A stretch of 62,406 nt of DNA, filler included, from Basidiobolus ranarum (GCA_040143965.1; 30 parts of 30 records of this genome joined end to end with filler, not necessarily neighbours in it), one strand, 5' to 3'; numbered from the whole stretch's first letter, positions 35,903 through 50,063 are shown. The notes: generated from the letters alone by a model not told the origin. A program made the numbers and translations.

Positions 35903-37584
35903 TCTTAACCAATGTAAAATCTATGATCACTTGGGTTTTTTTGAATTTTAGGACAGTTTATATAATCTGAGGTATTTATATTAATATTTTGACAGCAGGA
36001 ATTCTAGAATATTTGTGGCAGAAGTAATAAAGCATTAATGAATATTGTGGTCATAGAATCTCGATCGACAGAATTTATACTAAGGGCCAGATGAGAATGA
36101 CGCACACGTACAGCTAGCCCTGTAAATACACCTTTGTTGTTGACAATCTTAGCACTCGGGAACCTGAAATCACATTGCTAAATAGATTCGGTAGGTGATA
36201 ACTACTATTGTGTTTTATAAAAATATGCACTCTAATAGTGAAGATAACATTGTCGCTGAAACTTCTTAGGGTTAGGATATAGATTGCCCGTGCTGATACA
36301 TATTTAATGGAACAATGAGTAAAACCGATTGGATGGGAAGAGTTTACATGCCATCTTTGTGCCATTTGATTTGAAATTGGATTTCGGATTTCGAAATTTC
36401 ATTTGTAACAATGTAACTAACGTTTTTAATTGGTTCATTGTTGTACTTGCAGAATATTTGAAGATTGTGCCATTAGTTTCACCACAAAATACAATACTTA
36501 CCAAGGAAGTAATGATATGTCTGGTGGAGTAGCGCGGCTCATTCCGTTTCATGTAATGCCTTTTTGTACTCTTACTAATAGAGTAAGTGCATATTTTTCT
36601 CCACCTTTTGATTGCCCCGGGACTGGGGCTTCAAATATGGGAGGAAGGCTTCTAGAATGTTATTTGTTGATCGCATGACCAACAGTATATATGTCGCATC
36701 AGTAAAACATTTCGGGAATGTTTATATTCCATTAAACTCAAATGCAGCAAAGCAAAGATTGAATAAATAATGTTAGGTCGAAATGGCAAGTATGGACAAT
36801 TTACCTGATTATCAACCAACAACAGCCCAATACAATCTTCTCCACAACAAATGGATATATATACTTTTTGCTATTGGTGAACGCAAAAATGAAGGTACTG
36901 ACGGAATAGAAGGCGATCAATTACACGCACAACGGTTATAGATTCACACTGAGCTTAAAACAAATGACAAACGAATTAATCAACAACAAGGAATTTCTTT
37001 ATACGATGTTTTTATGCTCCGCACGGTATTTTCAAACTTGACCATCTCCATGTCAGTATGAGCATCGAAAATCAAGGACAAACATTGATGCTTACTTTCC
37101 ACGTTTAAGATCGGATTGAAAGGCAAGTCACGAACCAGAACTACAGCTACTACATTGAGGAGTGAATGACGGGAGTGTGAGCCCACAAGAGTCTCCAACT
37201 TGGACCAAGCAGATGTTGGAATGCGACCGGAAAAGTTATGACAAGAAAGCGGAAATCCCAGAGTTGAAGTTGTTGTGGTTCGAAAATTCAATCATTACTA
37301 GTGCCTCGTAAGGTGCTTTTATACCTTCATCCAATGCAGAATTTTTGTGTAGATCACTTGTAACTTTTTACAAAGACGCTAATCTACCTGAACTTATCAA
37401 AGAGATAGGCCAATAGAGTCCCTAAGTCCAAGCAGTACATTCTATGGTAGGACCCGTCAAAGTCTTCATATTGGCTATAAAAAANNNNNNNNNNNNNNNN
37501 NNNNNNNNNNNNNNNNNNNNNNNNNNNNTTAATTAATTAANNNNNNNNNNNNNNNNNNNNNNNNNNNNNNNNNNNNNNNNNNNN

Positions 37585-39566
37585 CAATCAAGATATCATA
37601 GTTACAGTCCTGAATAGCCTGCCACACAAGCTTCAGAGCCTAGTAATGGCTCTAGAATCAAGAACTGAAAATTTGATCTTAAATTTTATATTTGGTAGAC
37701 TTCTGGATGAAGGTTTATGCAAATCAGTATCCAACTAAAAGAATGAAGAAAATGCTTTAATAGGCTATGGGAAACCTTCCTATAAAGGTCAAAAGCACTT
37801 TAAGAAGAAAAGTAACATATTCTGTGATAACTGTAAAAGAACTGGCCATCTAAGCAAAGATTGATTTGAAAGAATTGCTAAAGAAAAACATACTGAATCT
37901 GGAAATGTGGTTACAATAGAAGATCACTTCTTCATATCTGCTCTATCTATGACTATCAACAAGAACTCTCATAAGTGGTATACTGATTCTGGAGCTTCCC
38001 AACATTTCACAAATGAAAAATATTGGTTTGTGAATTATGAAGAAATCCTAATTAGAAAGGTTTTCATGGGAGATGACTACACATTGGATGCTATTGGAAT
38101 GAGAACAATTCAGGTCAATTTAACTGGAGCTTCTGAAGAGAAAGTTTATACCTCTAATGATATACTACATGTTCCAGGTATTGCCAAGAATTTGATATCT
38201 GTATGCAAGGCCACCTCAGAAGGGCTAAAATTCAATCTTGATAAGTCAGGATGCATCATCACTGATCAAAATGAGAATTATTTTGGTTTACAAGAAAAGG
38301 ATCAGTACCTATATAAATCTACATATAATCCAAGAGGTTTATGTTTAATTATAAGTTATTCCAATCAAGAAACTATTCATTTATGGCATAAGAGATTTGG
38401 CCATATTGGATTTGATTATTTGAGTAAAATGATCAAAAATCATCTAATTTCTGGAATTAAATTAACCCCCCAACCAAAATGGAAATTTGTGATGGTTGTA
38501 TATATGAAAAATAAGCCAGGCAACCATTCAAGAGCTCTGGTTTAATCAAATCTGTCAAAAAATTAGATCTAATTCATTCAGATTTATGTTGACCTACGCA
38601 AAATTTATCTTTAGGTAGAAAAAGATATTTAATCATATTTATTGATAATGATACAAGATACACTTGGGTCTACTTTATGGAAAGAAAGGAAGAAGCTCTC
38701 TCAATCTTTAATGATTTTAAAGCACTTGTGGAGACTGAAACCAGAACAAAAATCAAGAAAATTTGTACTGATAATGGTGGAGAATATACTTCAACACTAT
38801 TAAAGTACCTTTGCAAAGTTCATGGAATTAAGCAAGAAACTACTGCCCCCTGTTTACCTCAACAAATGAAGTTGCTGAAAGAGCTTACAGGACTGTAATA
38901 GAAATGGCAAGAGCTATGATAAATGCACAAAATTTATCTCATAACTTTTGGGCAGAATCTATTGTTACAGCTGCATATCTGGAGAATAGAAGTTTTACAA
39001 GAAGTCTGTCTAACTCTACACTATATCAAGCTTGGTTTGGAGTTAAACCAAATATAAAACATTCAAGGACCTTTCAATGCATTGCATATTGATCCAAAAA
39101 GTAAGAGATGCATATTTGTGGGTTATTTTACTCAAACTAAGGTCTACAGACTCTATGATACCAAAATTTCTAAGTCAATCAGGTCCAGGGATGTTTGGTT
39201 TAATGAAAATGAAAAATATTTCCACAAAATGACCTCAGATGATGATGAAAATCAGTTTTCTCCTGATCCAATCATTCAAATTGCTTCAAGCCAAAACAAT
39301 GAAGAAACTAGCATTCCTGTGGAGCCTTCAACCAACATTCTGCCTACTGAAGTGCCCAATACAATGCCAGAAGTTATAGTACCTTTATCCCAAGCCAGGA
39401 GATGAAATTGGATCAGAAATAGCCCTGATTACTATATCAATGAGTCCCAAAATTGGGCCAAATACATGAGCCTCAGACTGTAAAAGAGGCCCTCAATGAC
39501 CTTGACACAAAATTTTGGAGATCTGCAATGGGTGATGAGTACCTGGCTTTGATTGATAATCAACCT
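37585..39566 (+). mobile_element. Copia family A gag end, CCHC, protease and integrase, decayed
   Basis: CDNCKRTGH, WYTDSGASQH, LHVPGIAKNLISV, LWHKRFGH, TDNGGEY, SKRCIFVGY. Confidence 0.95.
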
Positions 39567-39666
39567 NNNNNNNNNNNNNNNNNNNNNNNNNNNNNNNNNN
39601 NNNNNNNNNNTTAATTAATTAANNNNNNNNNNNNNNNNNNNNNNNNNNNNNNNNNNNNNNNNNNNN

Positions 39667-39989
39667 ATTATGGCTGGAATACAAAGCCTAAAATATCTAA
39701 ATAAAGGCATACATATTAATTTGAATTCCTACAGCAGTAAACCCAGTAATTTGCCATTTGATAATTATATTTTTGCAAAAATTGCCAGATATTGAATATC
39801 ACATGCCAATTTGAGGAATAATATTTTAACATGTATGAATACCGTTAAAATACCATCAAGAAACCACCATCACTCCATCAAAATCCCTGGCAAAATGCAA
39901 GCTACCAACATTGTGATGGTTCTCTGATGGTTTTGCTCTTTCGGAGGGTGGATCCAATCTGGATCAAATTGATTTAATTTTTGTTAGGG
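39667..39989 (+). mobile_element. CMC/CACTA downstream terminus with TIR
   Basis: Ends TTTGTTAGGG; directly followed by transposase sequence of another copy. Confidence 0.85.
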
Positions 39990-40975
39990 AATGGGGCACA
40001 ACTGTGGTGAAATGATGCTTTCTGTGAAATTGTCAGTATTACCATATGCTAATCTGATTAGTAACATATCAGCAAAATCAGTGATTGATGTAATGCAATG
40101 GGTTAAGAAGACTCCATGGTATATTAAACTCCCAACAAAGGGCTCTCTTCAATGTACTCATGGGGTTTTGCATTGTTTGAACACAATAACAGCAACAAAG
40201 CACAATCCATGGAAACAGAGTAAGTATCTCAATAATTTGGACTAATTTGTTTGTGTAATAATCTGACAGTATTTCTAGGAGAGCCGTAAGACAGACTTCT
40301 TGGTGAGATATATTGAGATACCCATTATCACTGTTTAAGTCATGGGTCAATCTATTGAAGCAATGACACATCTACTTGTGGCAGGACATTTGTCAACTGC
40401 AAGTCAGGGATATTTTGGCCAAATTCTTTGTGGAAATTTGCCAAAAATCCAAGATCTCATTCTCATTGTGAATGCTAACAAGAGTCAGCCATTTGCCAAG
40501 TGTCAGTGCTATTCAAAATTGCAGATGTTTAGCTATTTTTCCACCATTAGTTTGCTGGTAAAGAATACTAATTTTGTTGAGTTATGTCTGATCAGTCAAG
40601 TATGTGCATATGTAGGAGCTAATGATTGCAAGATTCTTGTATTTATTTATTGTCATGATGGCTGGAATACAAAGCCTAAAATATCTAAATAAAGGCAAGC
40701 ATACTAATTTGAATTCCTACAGTAGTAAACCCAGTAATTTGCCATTTAAAAAATATATTTTGCAAAAATTGCCAGAAATTAATAACACATGCTAAATATG
40801 AGTATCAATATTTTAACATTTATGAATACCATTGTAATACCATTAAAAATTGCCATCATACCATCAAAATCCCTGGCAGAATGTAAGCCACCAATATTGT
40901 GATGGTTCTCTGATGGTTTTGTGATTTAAAAGGGTGGTTCCAATCCAGATCAAATTGTTTTTATTTTTGTTAGGG
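39990..40975 (+). mobile_element. CMC/CACTA transposase C-terminus running to its own TIR
   Basis: Starts at the M(E)H.CGEM motif and continues to TTTGTTAGGG, linking transposase and terminus. Confidence 0.88.
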
Positions 40976-41647
40976 ATATGAGTACATCTTTAGTTGCTGT
41001 TCTTTCTTTTTCAAGATCATGATTACATACATTTTTGAGAGTTTCATGCATAGATTTATACTAATCCAATTGCCATTTGCTTCACAAACCTTCAGGGTAA
41101 TGCTTGGTCTTTGGTTTTTCATGCAATTAGCAATCCCTGAATGGGGTAAATAATATTGTTTTTTGGTATATATACCTTTGATTCCTCATCTTTAAGTTTT
41201 GTTGAAATTGCCTATATAGATTATTAATGCAGTATCAAAGTACTCATCATAAAGCTGGTGGTATCACTAACTTACTTTATGGATATCACTACCAGAATCT
41301 GAAAAGTCAAGGTTTCTTTGAGAACACAAATGGTCAGGCATTTGCATTGGCTCTGCATGGTCTTGACTAAACAAATTTGCAATCCGAAGGGCTTGCTGGC
41401 CAATAACTCTAACTAACTTAAACTTTCCTCCTTCAGAACATTGTAAGTGTCATTATATTTTGATACCATCAACCATATCTGTGCCTAAATCACCAGTGCT
41501 TATAGACAGCTTGTTGGAGTCTTTGATTGCAGAATATGATGGGTTATCAAACAGGGTTTAGATGGGTGATTTTATTTTGTAAGCTAACATTGTTTTATGT
41601 ATTAGTGACACACCTGCCATCAGTAAATGTAGAGGTTTTCATGGACA
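40976..41647. mobile_element. Deleted CMC/CACTA copy: ORF2 3' end (minus) next to transposase core (plus, from ~41285)
   Basis: ANGNW motif on minus; QNLKSQGFFE, NFPP, ISDTPA on plus. Confidence 0.75.
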
Positions 41648-41747
41648 NNNNNNNNNNNNNNNNNNNNNNNNNNNNNNNNNNNNNNNNNNNNTTAATTAAT
41701 TAANNNNNNNNNNNNNNNNNNNNNNNNNNNNNNNNNNNNNNNNNNNN

Positions 41748-42076
41748 AACATAATATACTGAATAGGGAATATACTTTTGCATGGTCTAGTGTTTGGGTG
41801 GTGGGGACTACAAGGACCAATACAAAGAGGGATGTTATAAGGATGATGAGATGACCTTACATGAAAGGTCTTAGCAGAAATACACTATGTGTGGGATGAC
41901 ATGATTGGTTAGGTTTCATGGAATGCTCCAAAGAACATGACTTCCATAAAAGGTAAACTGGACAAACTAACAAAAGATTGCCAAGAAGGGATGGCACATC
42001 AGATATGATGTCATAATCTAATAATAGAAAGGTACTATTTGCAGTGGATGAGTATGCCAAGATCAGAATCATGAAA
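41748..42076. mobile_element. Family G LTR, distal part
   Basis: Matches 5113-5451. Confidence 0.85.
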
Positions 42077-42693
42077 GCAACAACTGTCCTAGGATCCTTT
42101 TTCAGAGCCCATCATCTGAATTCTAGTGCTTCAGTTCACAAAATTCTCTCCATCATGATGGCTGGAGTTTCTTATACCAATGTTTGTGTATTTTTGGTAG
42201 TTATTGGGGCTTGCAACCCAATAGGCAGGTGTTCGCAAACAGTAGTGAAAGAATGGTAATGCAGTAAAGAAATGTTACTATGATTTGAACTATTTTTTTT
42301 GAACAGTGGTGAGAGACCAGTAGTTACTGAAATTCTCTCTCTGGTGAACAGATCACTAGCTACTATACTATCAGTAATCTGTAAGTAAAACTCAATATAT
42401 TGTGACATCTGACTTACTAAGATATATCATACATCAATGTTGGAGCATTTTACTCAATAATAACCTGTCATTGTCTTCAGGGCATACTTGTCAGCTTCCA
42501 GGACAGCATATGATGTATTCCAAGATGTATCTGTTAGTGCTTCTTTTCAACTGCCTGGGCTCTGACAAAATTGTAAGAACAGGCCAATGTGATTATAATA
42601 AATTCTTTGCCAGTTGAGAATTCCTCATGGGTTCCTGCAAAATCTATGCCTATATGGTGGAATAACAAGCATGGTAATATTGGTGCAATTATC

Positions 42694-43680
42694 TGTTGAA
42701 ATTAGCATTGCCTAAACACCTATATAGTCATATATAGCTTAGTATTTATGTATCTTGTATTTCACTAAAATATTACCTATTATTCTCAATTGCAATTTAG
42801 TTGGAATATTATTATCAACATAGCAGTTCTCCAATATATATATTTTTAAAACTTGTGCTAGAGCCCCAAACATGGTACACATGCTCCTGGGATCTTTGGT
42901 AGCACATTCTTCATGATAGTTTGCTTATATCTTGACAAAACTATAAATATCAACTTTGTACTCTATATATGTGATAGATGAAATCCACCAGTTCTCTAAC
43001 TCTCCATACCACTTGTAACAGGCTCCCAAATGGTTTAACAGGTTATGAACCCCAAGCTTGTACTCTCTGTAATGTTCACTTCTCAAATATATGGAACTTT
43101 TCCCTTACTGAAAAATTGAACAAAACCAATTATCAGGTTAGGAAAATTAAACTGAAAAGGGTTCTACAAAAAAATAACTCTGGGATACTGTTGTAGGAGA
43201 AGCAAACAATGGAAAACTATCCAAAACTAAAGTTTTGCTCCTAGTTAAAAAAGAACAAAGTGCCTTTAATTCACTTCATCTTAGTGTTATAGACAAATTG
43301 CTACTTCAATGTTCAAGAGCTAAAGCTGCAAAGATGGTATGTAAAACTTTGGAAGACACCTATCAAACATGTTCTGCGGCAAACAACATTTTTCTAAGAA
43401 GACAATTCTTGAACCTAAAAATGAAGCTAGGAGAAGACAGCAAATCTCTAATCAATAGAGTCACTATTTTAGTAAATGAAATAGAATGCATTGGAGTACC
43501 TATTACTAACCCAGATATCATAGTTTCAGTGCTGATAGCTTACCACAGATGTTTCAGAGCCTAGTAATGACTCCAAAATCAACAATTATAATTTTGACCC
43601 TAAAATCTGTAATTTTCAGACTACTGGATGAAGGTTGATTCTAATTAGAATTGAACCTACAGGATGACGAAAATCATGTA
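42694..43680 (+). mobile_element. Copia family A 5' LTR (42694-43040), PBS and gag
   Basis: TGTTG...TAACA then GGTTATGAACCCCAAG; IFLRRQFLNLKM; overlaps the gag at 37585. Confidence 0.92.
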
Positions 43681-43728
43681 CCCTAACAAAACTACAATCA
43701 CTTTGATACAGATCGGATCCCCCCTCCA
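43681..43728 (+). mobile_element. CMC/CACTA TIR inserted in Copia gag
   Basis: CCCTAACAAAACTACAATCACTTTGATACAGATCGGATCC, the reverse complement of the other termini. Confidence 0.85.
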
Positions 43729-43830
43729 NNNNNNNNNNNNNNNNNNNNNNNNNNNNNNNNNNNNNNNNNNNNTTAATTAATTAANNNNNNNNNNNNNNNN
43801 NNNNNNNNNNNNNNNNNNNNNNNNNNNNAT

Positions 43831-43980
43831 GACATTTTTTCCCATTTTAGAGCAAGAGTAGAACATAGCTTTGGTTTCCTAAAGAGATATAGCATTGTAG
43901 CAGGAATGTATAGAGGAAAATCATTTTGTGGGCCTCAATTAAAGTTAGGCAAACTAGTCAATATCTTGATTAATTCTTAA
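43831..43980 (+). mobile_element. PIF/Harbinger- or ISL2EU-like DDE transposase C-terminus
   Basis: FSHFRARVEHSFGFLKRYSIVAGMYRG fits R..VE..FG.LK. Confidence 0.6.
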
Positions 43981-44319
43981 TACATCCATACTCAAAGATC
44001 TCCATTGAGAGCTCTAGACTTAAAACATTACAAATAAAGCTTTCATCATCTTCTGAATGTGCAATAATGTCTAAAAGTACTTTTCTTAAATATACCACAT
44101 AAGTAAAATAAACTGTTCCCAAAACGGTATATAACATTGTGCTGGATAGTGACCAATCATGGCAATTTGTGCTGGTACACTTTTTAGCTGGCCTGATCTG
44201 GCTCAATAAAATGGAACAAGTCTATTAATCTGAAATTGGTTGGATTAGCTGCTGTTCCTGTGATCATTTTTTTTCAAATCATTTGAGGCACAGGTTCCAG
44301 CAGCTTGATTATTCACATT

Positions 44320-45807
44320 GATAGACCCATTTGCAAATGGTTGTCTTTCTTCCTGATGGTAGAGGACTTAAATCATATTTACATGTTCTGAAGTGAAGAA
44401 AACTTGTCAGGCATTGTTTTTCCCAGAATTTTGATTCTGGATACACCAGAGCGTGATCTAAGTTTGGTGACTTGTCATAGAATGCTGGATAAGTGTAGAT
44501 AGAATCATCATAAATGTTCTACCAGTTCCCTGTCTAGTTCTTCCTTCCGGATGATCTTTTAGGTTGAGAATCACCGTAAAATTTAAATGAAGCAGGAATT
44601 TTTGTTGAATACAGCAGGAAATCTGACAGACATCTCTGGAATAGTATGATTATGTTTTTTGGATCAAGAACTGTGATTTGAGGTGAAGATTTGCTTTTTC
44701 TGCAACAAGCTCATCTCTGCATGTAACTAATCTGTGCTTTTTGATATAAACAGTCTGTAGGCCTCAGATCTATTGTTGTAACAAAGAAGTATGCATTGAC
44801 TGCTTTTGGGTTCCAATTTGAAACGTTTTTGAGCTGGAATTAAGCAATATGCTTTATTTTTCCATTGTGCCAATATTTAGCAGACCTTGGTTAAATGTCA
44901 CAGTAATTATGATTGGAGTTGATCATGCTATATAGTGCCAAATTGGTCTTGCAATCTTCTCTAAGTTCTTATTAGCATGTTCAGCAACTCTATATTACTG
45001 CAGATTATACGGTAGAGTAGTGTGCAGCTTACTTCCATGTAGAGGACAAAAACTAGTAAAGTCCTCAGAGCAGTGTTTTTCTCCAATATCACCTCATAGT
45101 ACCCTTCTTTATTGTGCTAATTCTTTCTCTACCATTGCCATGTAGTTTTTGAATGCAGTTAAGGCTTCAAATTTTGATTTGAGAAAGAGTAGCACAGTTT
45201 ATCTTAGCCTGCCATCAATAAAGATTATAAAGACCTTTTTGCTACCTAGTGATATGCTTTTCATTGGCCCAAATAGGTCAAAATGATTCAGGGCAAGATT
45301 TTGAGTTCATTTGATCTCTCCAGAGCTTGACAACAGCTGTCCATGATGTATTGCATCAATGCAACCCTCACACAGTGCAAATTTAGGAGTGTTTTAATTT
45401 CTAAGCCTAGTTTTTGCCAAGTCTAAATGCTCAGAATGTAATTTATTGATATCTAGCTTGTTTGAGCTTTAAGTTTTGATCCCAGTGGCTAATTGTTGTT
45501 AATGTTCAGATCTGTGATAGTGTAGTCAGCCTTACTGAGCACAAAATTTAATCGTTGAGCTGTTGCTTCCGTTAACAAGAGTAGATTCTTGGCTATTTTG
45601 ATACACAGAGTACATCATCCAATTTCACAGGTGGTGTAGCTAATTTTTGAACTCAATTGAGCACAACTGTACCCTTACAAACGACCTCTAGTACTTAGAC
45701 ATCAGCCAAGTAAACTGTCCTTGTTTTTGTGGGTTTTAAGCAGAAAAAACACTCTTTCTTGCTTCACATATGCTGGGAAGCTCCTGAATCCATGTACCAC
45801 ATTTCTG
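44320..45807 (-). mobile_element. Copia family D protease, integrase and RT start, decayed
   Basis: WYMDSGASQHM, LFGPM, FIDG, homology to 21500-22660. Confidence 0.88.
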
Positions 45808-45907
45808 NNNNNNNNNNNNNNNNNNNNNNNNNNNNNNNNNNNNNNNNNNNNTTAATTAATTAANNNNNNNNNNNNNNNNNNNNNNNNNNNNNNNNNNNNN
45901 NNNNNNN

Positions 45908-46325
45908 GTAAAGCATATTGATGTTGTTGAGTTATGTCTAATCAGTCAAATATGTGCATGTGTAGAGACTAAATACAACAAGATTCTTGTATTTTTTGAG
46001 TCTCATTATGGCTGGAATACAAAGCCTAAAATATCTAAATAAAAGCATGCAAATTAATTTGAATTCCTACAGCAGTAAACCCAGTATTTGCCATTTGGAA
46101 ATTATATTTTTGCAAAAATTGCTGGATATGGAATAACGCATGCCAAATTTGAGGATCAATATTTCAACATGTATGAATACCATAAAGATACCATCAAGAA
46201 ACCGCCGTCACACCATCAAAATCCCTGCAGAATGCAAGCCAACAATATTGTGACCGTTCTCTGACAGTTTTGCTATTTTGGAGGATGGATCCAATCCAGA
46301 TCAAATCAATTTTTTTTTGTTAGGG
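45908..46325 (+). mobile_element. CMC/CACTA downstream terminus with TIR
   Basis: Matches 40560-40975. Confidence 0.87.
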
Positions 46326-47987
46326 TTGCATGAAAAATTTGCTGATTTAAAAATGCTGCACCATGTGCTCCTTAGCAATGCTATCAAGTTACTTGTGTTG
46401 CATAAGGCAGAAACTTTGGGCCCCAGTGGAAGATCTGGATATTGCATAAGTAAGGGGTATATGTTTGGCCTCTACTCATTTGAATGTCTTGATTCTACAT
46501 TGGATAGGGTAAGTTACAGTAGACTTGCTCCATTGGGCCAGGTTAGATCATGCTGCTTGATCCAGCCTGCTATCACACCATCTGGCGCAATCTATCAATT
46601 ACCATGGCTAGGTCCTATAACACTCTATTGGACACTGTGAGGAACAATATGACACTATACCACCACAATTGGACATAATGATTTTTTTAGAGATATCAAG
46701 ACAGCCAATACCAAGTTACCCAATTTAGTAATGTTAAACTAAAATTTAGGGTAACTGACAAAGCAAATTCATCTCCTAGTTTCCAACTTACCAATTCCTC
46801 AATGTGTAAATAAATATTTTATGCAATAGCTGTCCCAAACCACTGTATGACCAAGAAATTCACATGTTTTTGGGCCAATCATTAGTCTCTCACTCACACA
46901 ATATCCTCATCTTCAATTGGGCCCAACAGCTCCTGTATTATGAAACACTAGTAGTTTTGGCACACCAGTGACAAATCACAGCACTCAATGATGCATCAAT
47001 TGGCAATATGATAGTAATGATCAAGATTGCTTGATTCATCATTTTTAGATCAGCAAATTATTCATTCAATCATTTAAGCTTCTAATTGGGTAAGAATGTG
47101 AACAGATTGGGGCATATTGAGCCAATATTGCTGCACAAGTTTTTACTGACAGACATTTTTCATTTTATTGTAGTGAAATTGCTTGCATTAATTGGCTATC
47201 ATTGATTTTATTGATATACGATATTTTCACATTATCAGTGTTTCATAAAGACATAAGCAATTGTGATATAACTAAAGTGATTCATGCTATATTTCACTGC
47301 AATCTATATCAATTTTGCAAAAAGCACTAAACAATAAAGATACAATAATGTAATTATTAACAAGAGTGTTCAGCAGTTGCCCAAGTTTGAGATGGTACAT
47401 GCCGATTTGCTTCTATTATTTTTGTTGTCTCCTTAATATTTCCATGGAAGGAACTGTGCTTCAACCTCAGCACTAGGTTGGTTGGTTTGATCCTGCAGAA
47501 GTTCTTCTACCTTAGCCAGCATGAGTTGTGGCTTTAGTTCAATATGCTGCAATATGTGTTGGCTCATCTGGTCTAGTTTCAGGTTTGTTTACATCTACAG
47601 GTTCTTCTTCAGATGTGGAGCTTTCACTTAATAGGTCAACCAGTCAATTCTGCTGGTAAACAGCTCAACATATCAATCCAGGATGTCTTGCTTGAGGTTT
47701 GTGCTTGATAGTTATTAATTCTTTAACCATGTTAGGAGCTTTATCTCTTTTGACTGGCCATGGCCACAGTTGCATGGCACTATGTGTTGGAGCAAGTCAT
47801 TTACTTTGAGGTTTGTGCTCTGCAGCTCTTGCCTCTTCAACTACGGTAGAAGCTTCATTTCTTTTGACTGGCCACTGCAACCTCAGNNNNNNNNNNNNNN
47901 NNNNNNNNNNNNNNNNNNNNNNNNNNNNNNTTAATTAATTAANNNNNNNNNNNNNNNNNNNNNNNNNNNNNNNNNNNNNNNNNNNNC

Positions 47988-48320
47988 TATAAGGTCAACG
48001 GAGTTCCTCTCAGACGTGTTAACCAAGCCTATGTTATCGCCACCTCTACCAAGGTTGACTTGAGCACCGTTAACGTTGACGAGAAATTCGATGATGCTTA
48101 TTTCAAGAAGGATAAGGCCTCCAAGTCTACCAAGACTGAGGAAGAATTCTTCGATGAGAAGCAACCCAAGAAGGTCATCTCTGAAACCCGTGCTGCTGAC
48201 CAAAAATCCGTTGATAAGGAAATCTTAGCTGCTGTTAGTGGAGTTCCTCACCTTCGTACTTACTTGAATGCTTCCTTCACTCTTCGTAAGGGACAAGCTC
48301 CTCATGCCATGAAGTTCTAA
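47988..48320 (+). CDS. RPL6: 60S ribosomal protein L6 (eL6), 3' part
   Basis: YKVNGVPLRRVNQAYVIATSTKVD...RAADQKSVDK...YLNASFTLRKGQAPHAMKF; highly biased codons. Confidence 0.97.
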   Translation, partial: YKVNGVPLRRVNQAYVIATSTKVDLSTVNVDEKFDDAYFKKDKASKSTKTEEEFFDEKQPKKVISETRAADQKSVDKEILAAVSGVPHLRTYLNASFTLRKGQAPHAMKF

Positions 48321-48646
48321 ATTTTTTTTAGCAATTAAAGTAATATTCATGGATTTCAATCATGAATTTGTCTATCTCAAATTCATCCTTTTTCTTTCTC
48401 TGGAATAAAAAGATATACCATTAAGAACCATCAAAGATGCATATTTCTATTTGGATTGAATTTATTTGAAGTACGAATCTAGAGGTAACAAATAAGTCTT
48501 CCGAGAAACTACTGAAGTAATACCGATTATATCGTGTAAAGTGAAGAACACTTGTAAATTACAATTAACAGAGTAGTAATAAGAATTCGTGACATAAGAA
48601 CAAGCATTGATGTTGTTGAATTGATATTTAGACAACATTTAGCACG

Positions 48647-49177
48647 TTAAACTTCGATATCAAGACTCTTTACACTCTTGAAGCATTCATCATACATTTC
48701 CTTGTAATCTTCAAGATCCTCTTTACCAGTTTTGCCACCAGGAACAATCATGATCACGGAAGTAGGTCTCTTTGTGGAAGCAGCAGTTCCTAGTTCTTCT
48801 TTAGATTGAACAAAGCAATAAGGAACGGAAGCATCTTCACACATAACAGGAATGTGACTCAAGACATCCATAGGCGAGACATTACCAGCAAAAACGACCA
48901 AACTATGAATCAACATAAAAAATTGAGTTAACAATTAACTTAATATATCTCATAAAAAGGAAAATACTAACCCCTTTTCTCCCTTACGAAGTCCTTTAAC
49001 AACTTCCTTGACTCCACGCTTAACGTGCTTCTTCTTGGCGGCTTTCTTGACAGTCTTTAAAAGCTTCTTGGAAAGCTTCTTCTCGGCCATGGGCTTGGCT
49101 ATAGGTGAAATGGCATCTGGGTGTACCTCAAAATCGTCACTTGTTTCGACACTCTTAACTTTCTTTTCTTTGGCCAT
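48647..49177 (-). CDS. NHP2: H/ACA snoRNP protein Nhp2 (L7Ae family); exons 49177-48972 and 48902-48647
   Basis: ISPIAKP, VKRGVKEVVKGLRKGEKG|LVVFAGNVSPMDVLSHIPVMCED, ATKRPTS-like motif; 69-bp GTTAGT..CATAG intron. Confidence 0.96.
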
Positions 49178-50063
49178 AATTGTAAGTTACTCACTGGATT
49201 TGAATGAACAAGGTAAATTGCTCCAATATCACCAAGAGAAAAGTAAAAGGAAAAAAGTTCCAGAAAAAAAAAGGAAACCAAAAAATTCATCATGGAATTT
49301 TTTTTCATAAACTAAAGAAATCTCACTCATCCAAATAAGCATCAATTCCAAATTTCGTTTAGATTTCTTAGAGCATTGAATGAATGCATTTTGAAAGATA
49401 TTAGTAAAAAGAAAAATGCTTTGATATTACGAAATTCTTCAGAGTACTACTAGTAAAGCTTCATTTTTGTAAGAAATGGTAATTCAGACCAACTGATTCC
49501 CAAACAAGCCTTGATACTTCCCTGCTTACTGGATCTATCAACTAGATAAGAACTATATCCGAATATATATCATCAGACTGTGATGGTCAAGCATGAGATA
49601 CTACTTTGGATGTTCTTGCATCTATTTCTGCCAAAGCTCTATAGCGCTAAAGCACCAAAGCCTGCTCAGGAACAATAAAAGATCATAAAGAAAATGCCGA
49701 AAAGATCCATTTTATTCTATAGCAATGAATCAACAAAGGAATCAATAGTCAATATACACAGTCGACAGTTTAAAAATCCGGAGCTCTCTTTGAATGTGAA
49801 AAGAATACTAGAAGAATTTTTTATAGTTTAGAAAGTGTGTACGATTCACAGTAGACCAGGTTCAAAGTTAATAGTGGAGAATCGAAGTCAAAGTAATCAA
49901 AATATATGATTTCAAATAAAATATTTGGTGAAAGTATCATTTAAAAGCGACCACGACCGCGAGNNNNNNNNNNNNNNNNNNNNNNNNNNNNNNNNNNNNN
50001 NNNNNNNTTAATTAATTAANNNNNNNNNNNNNNNNNNNNNNNNNNNNNNNNNNNNNNNNNNNN

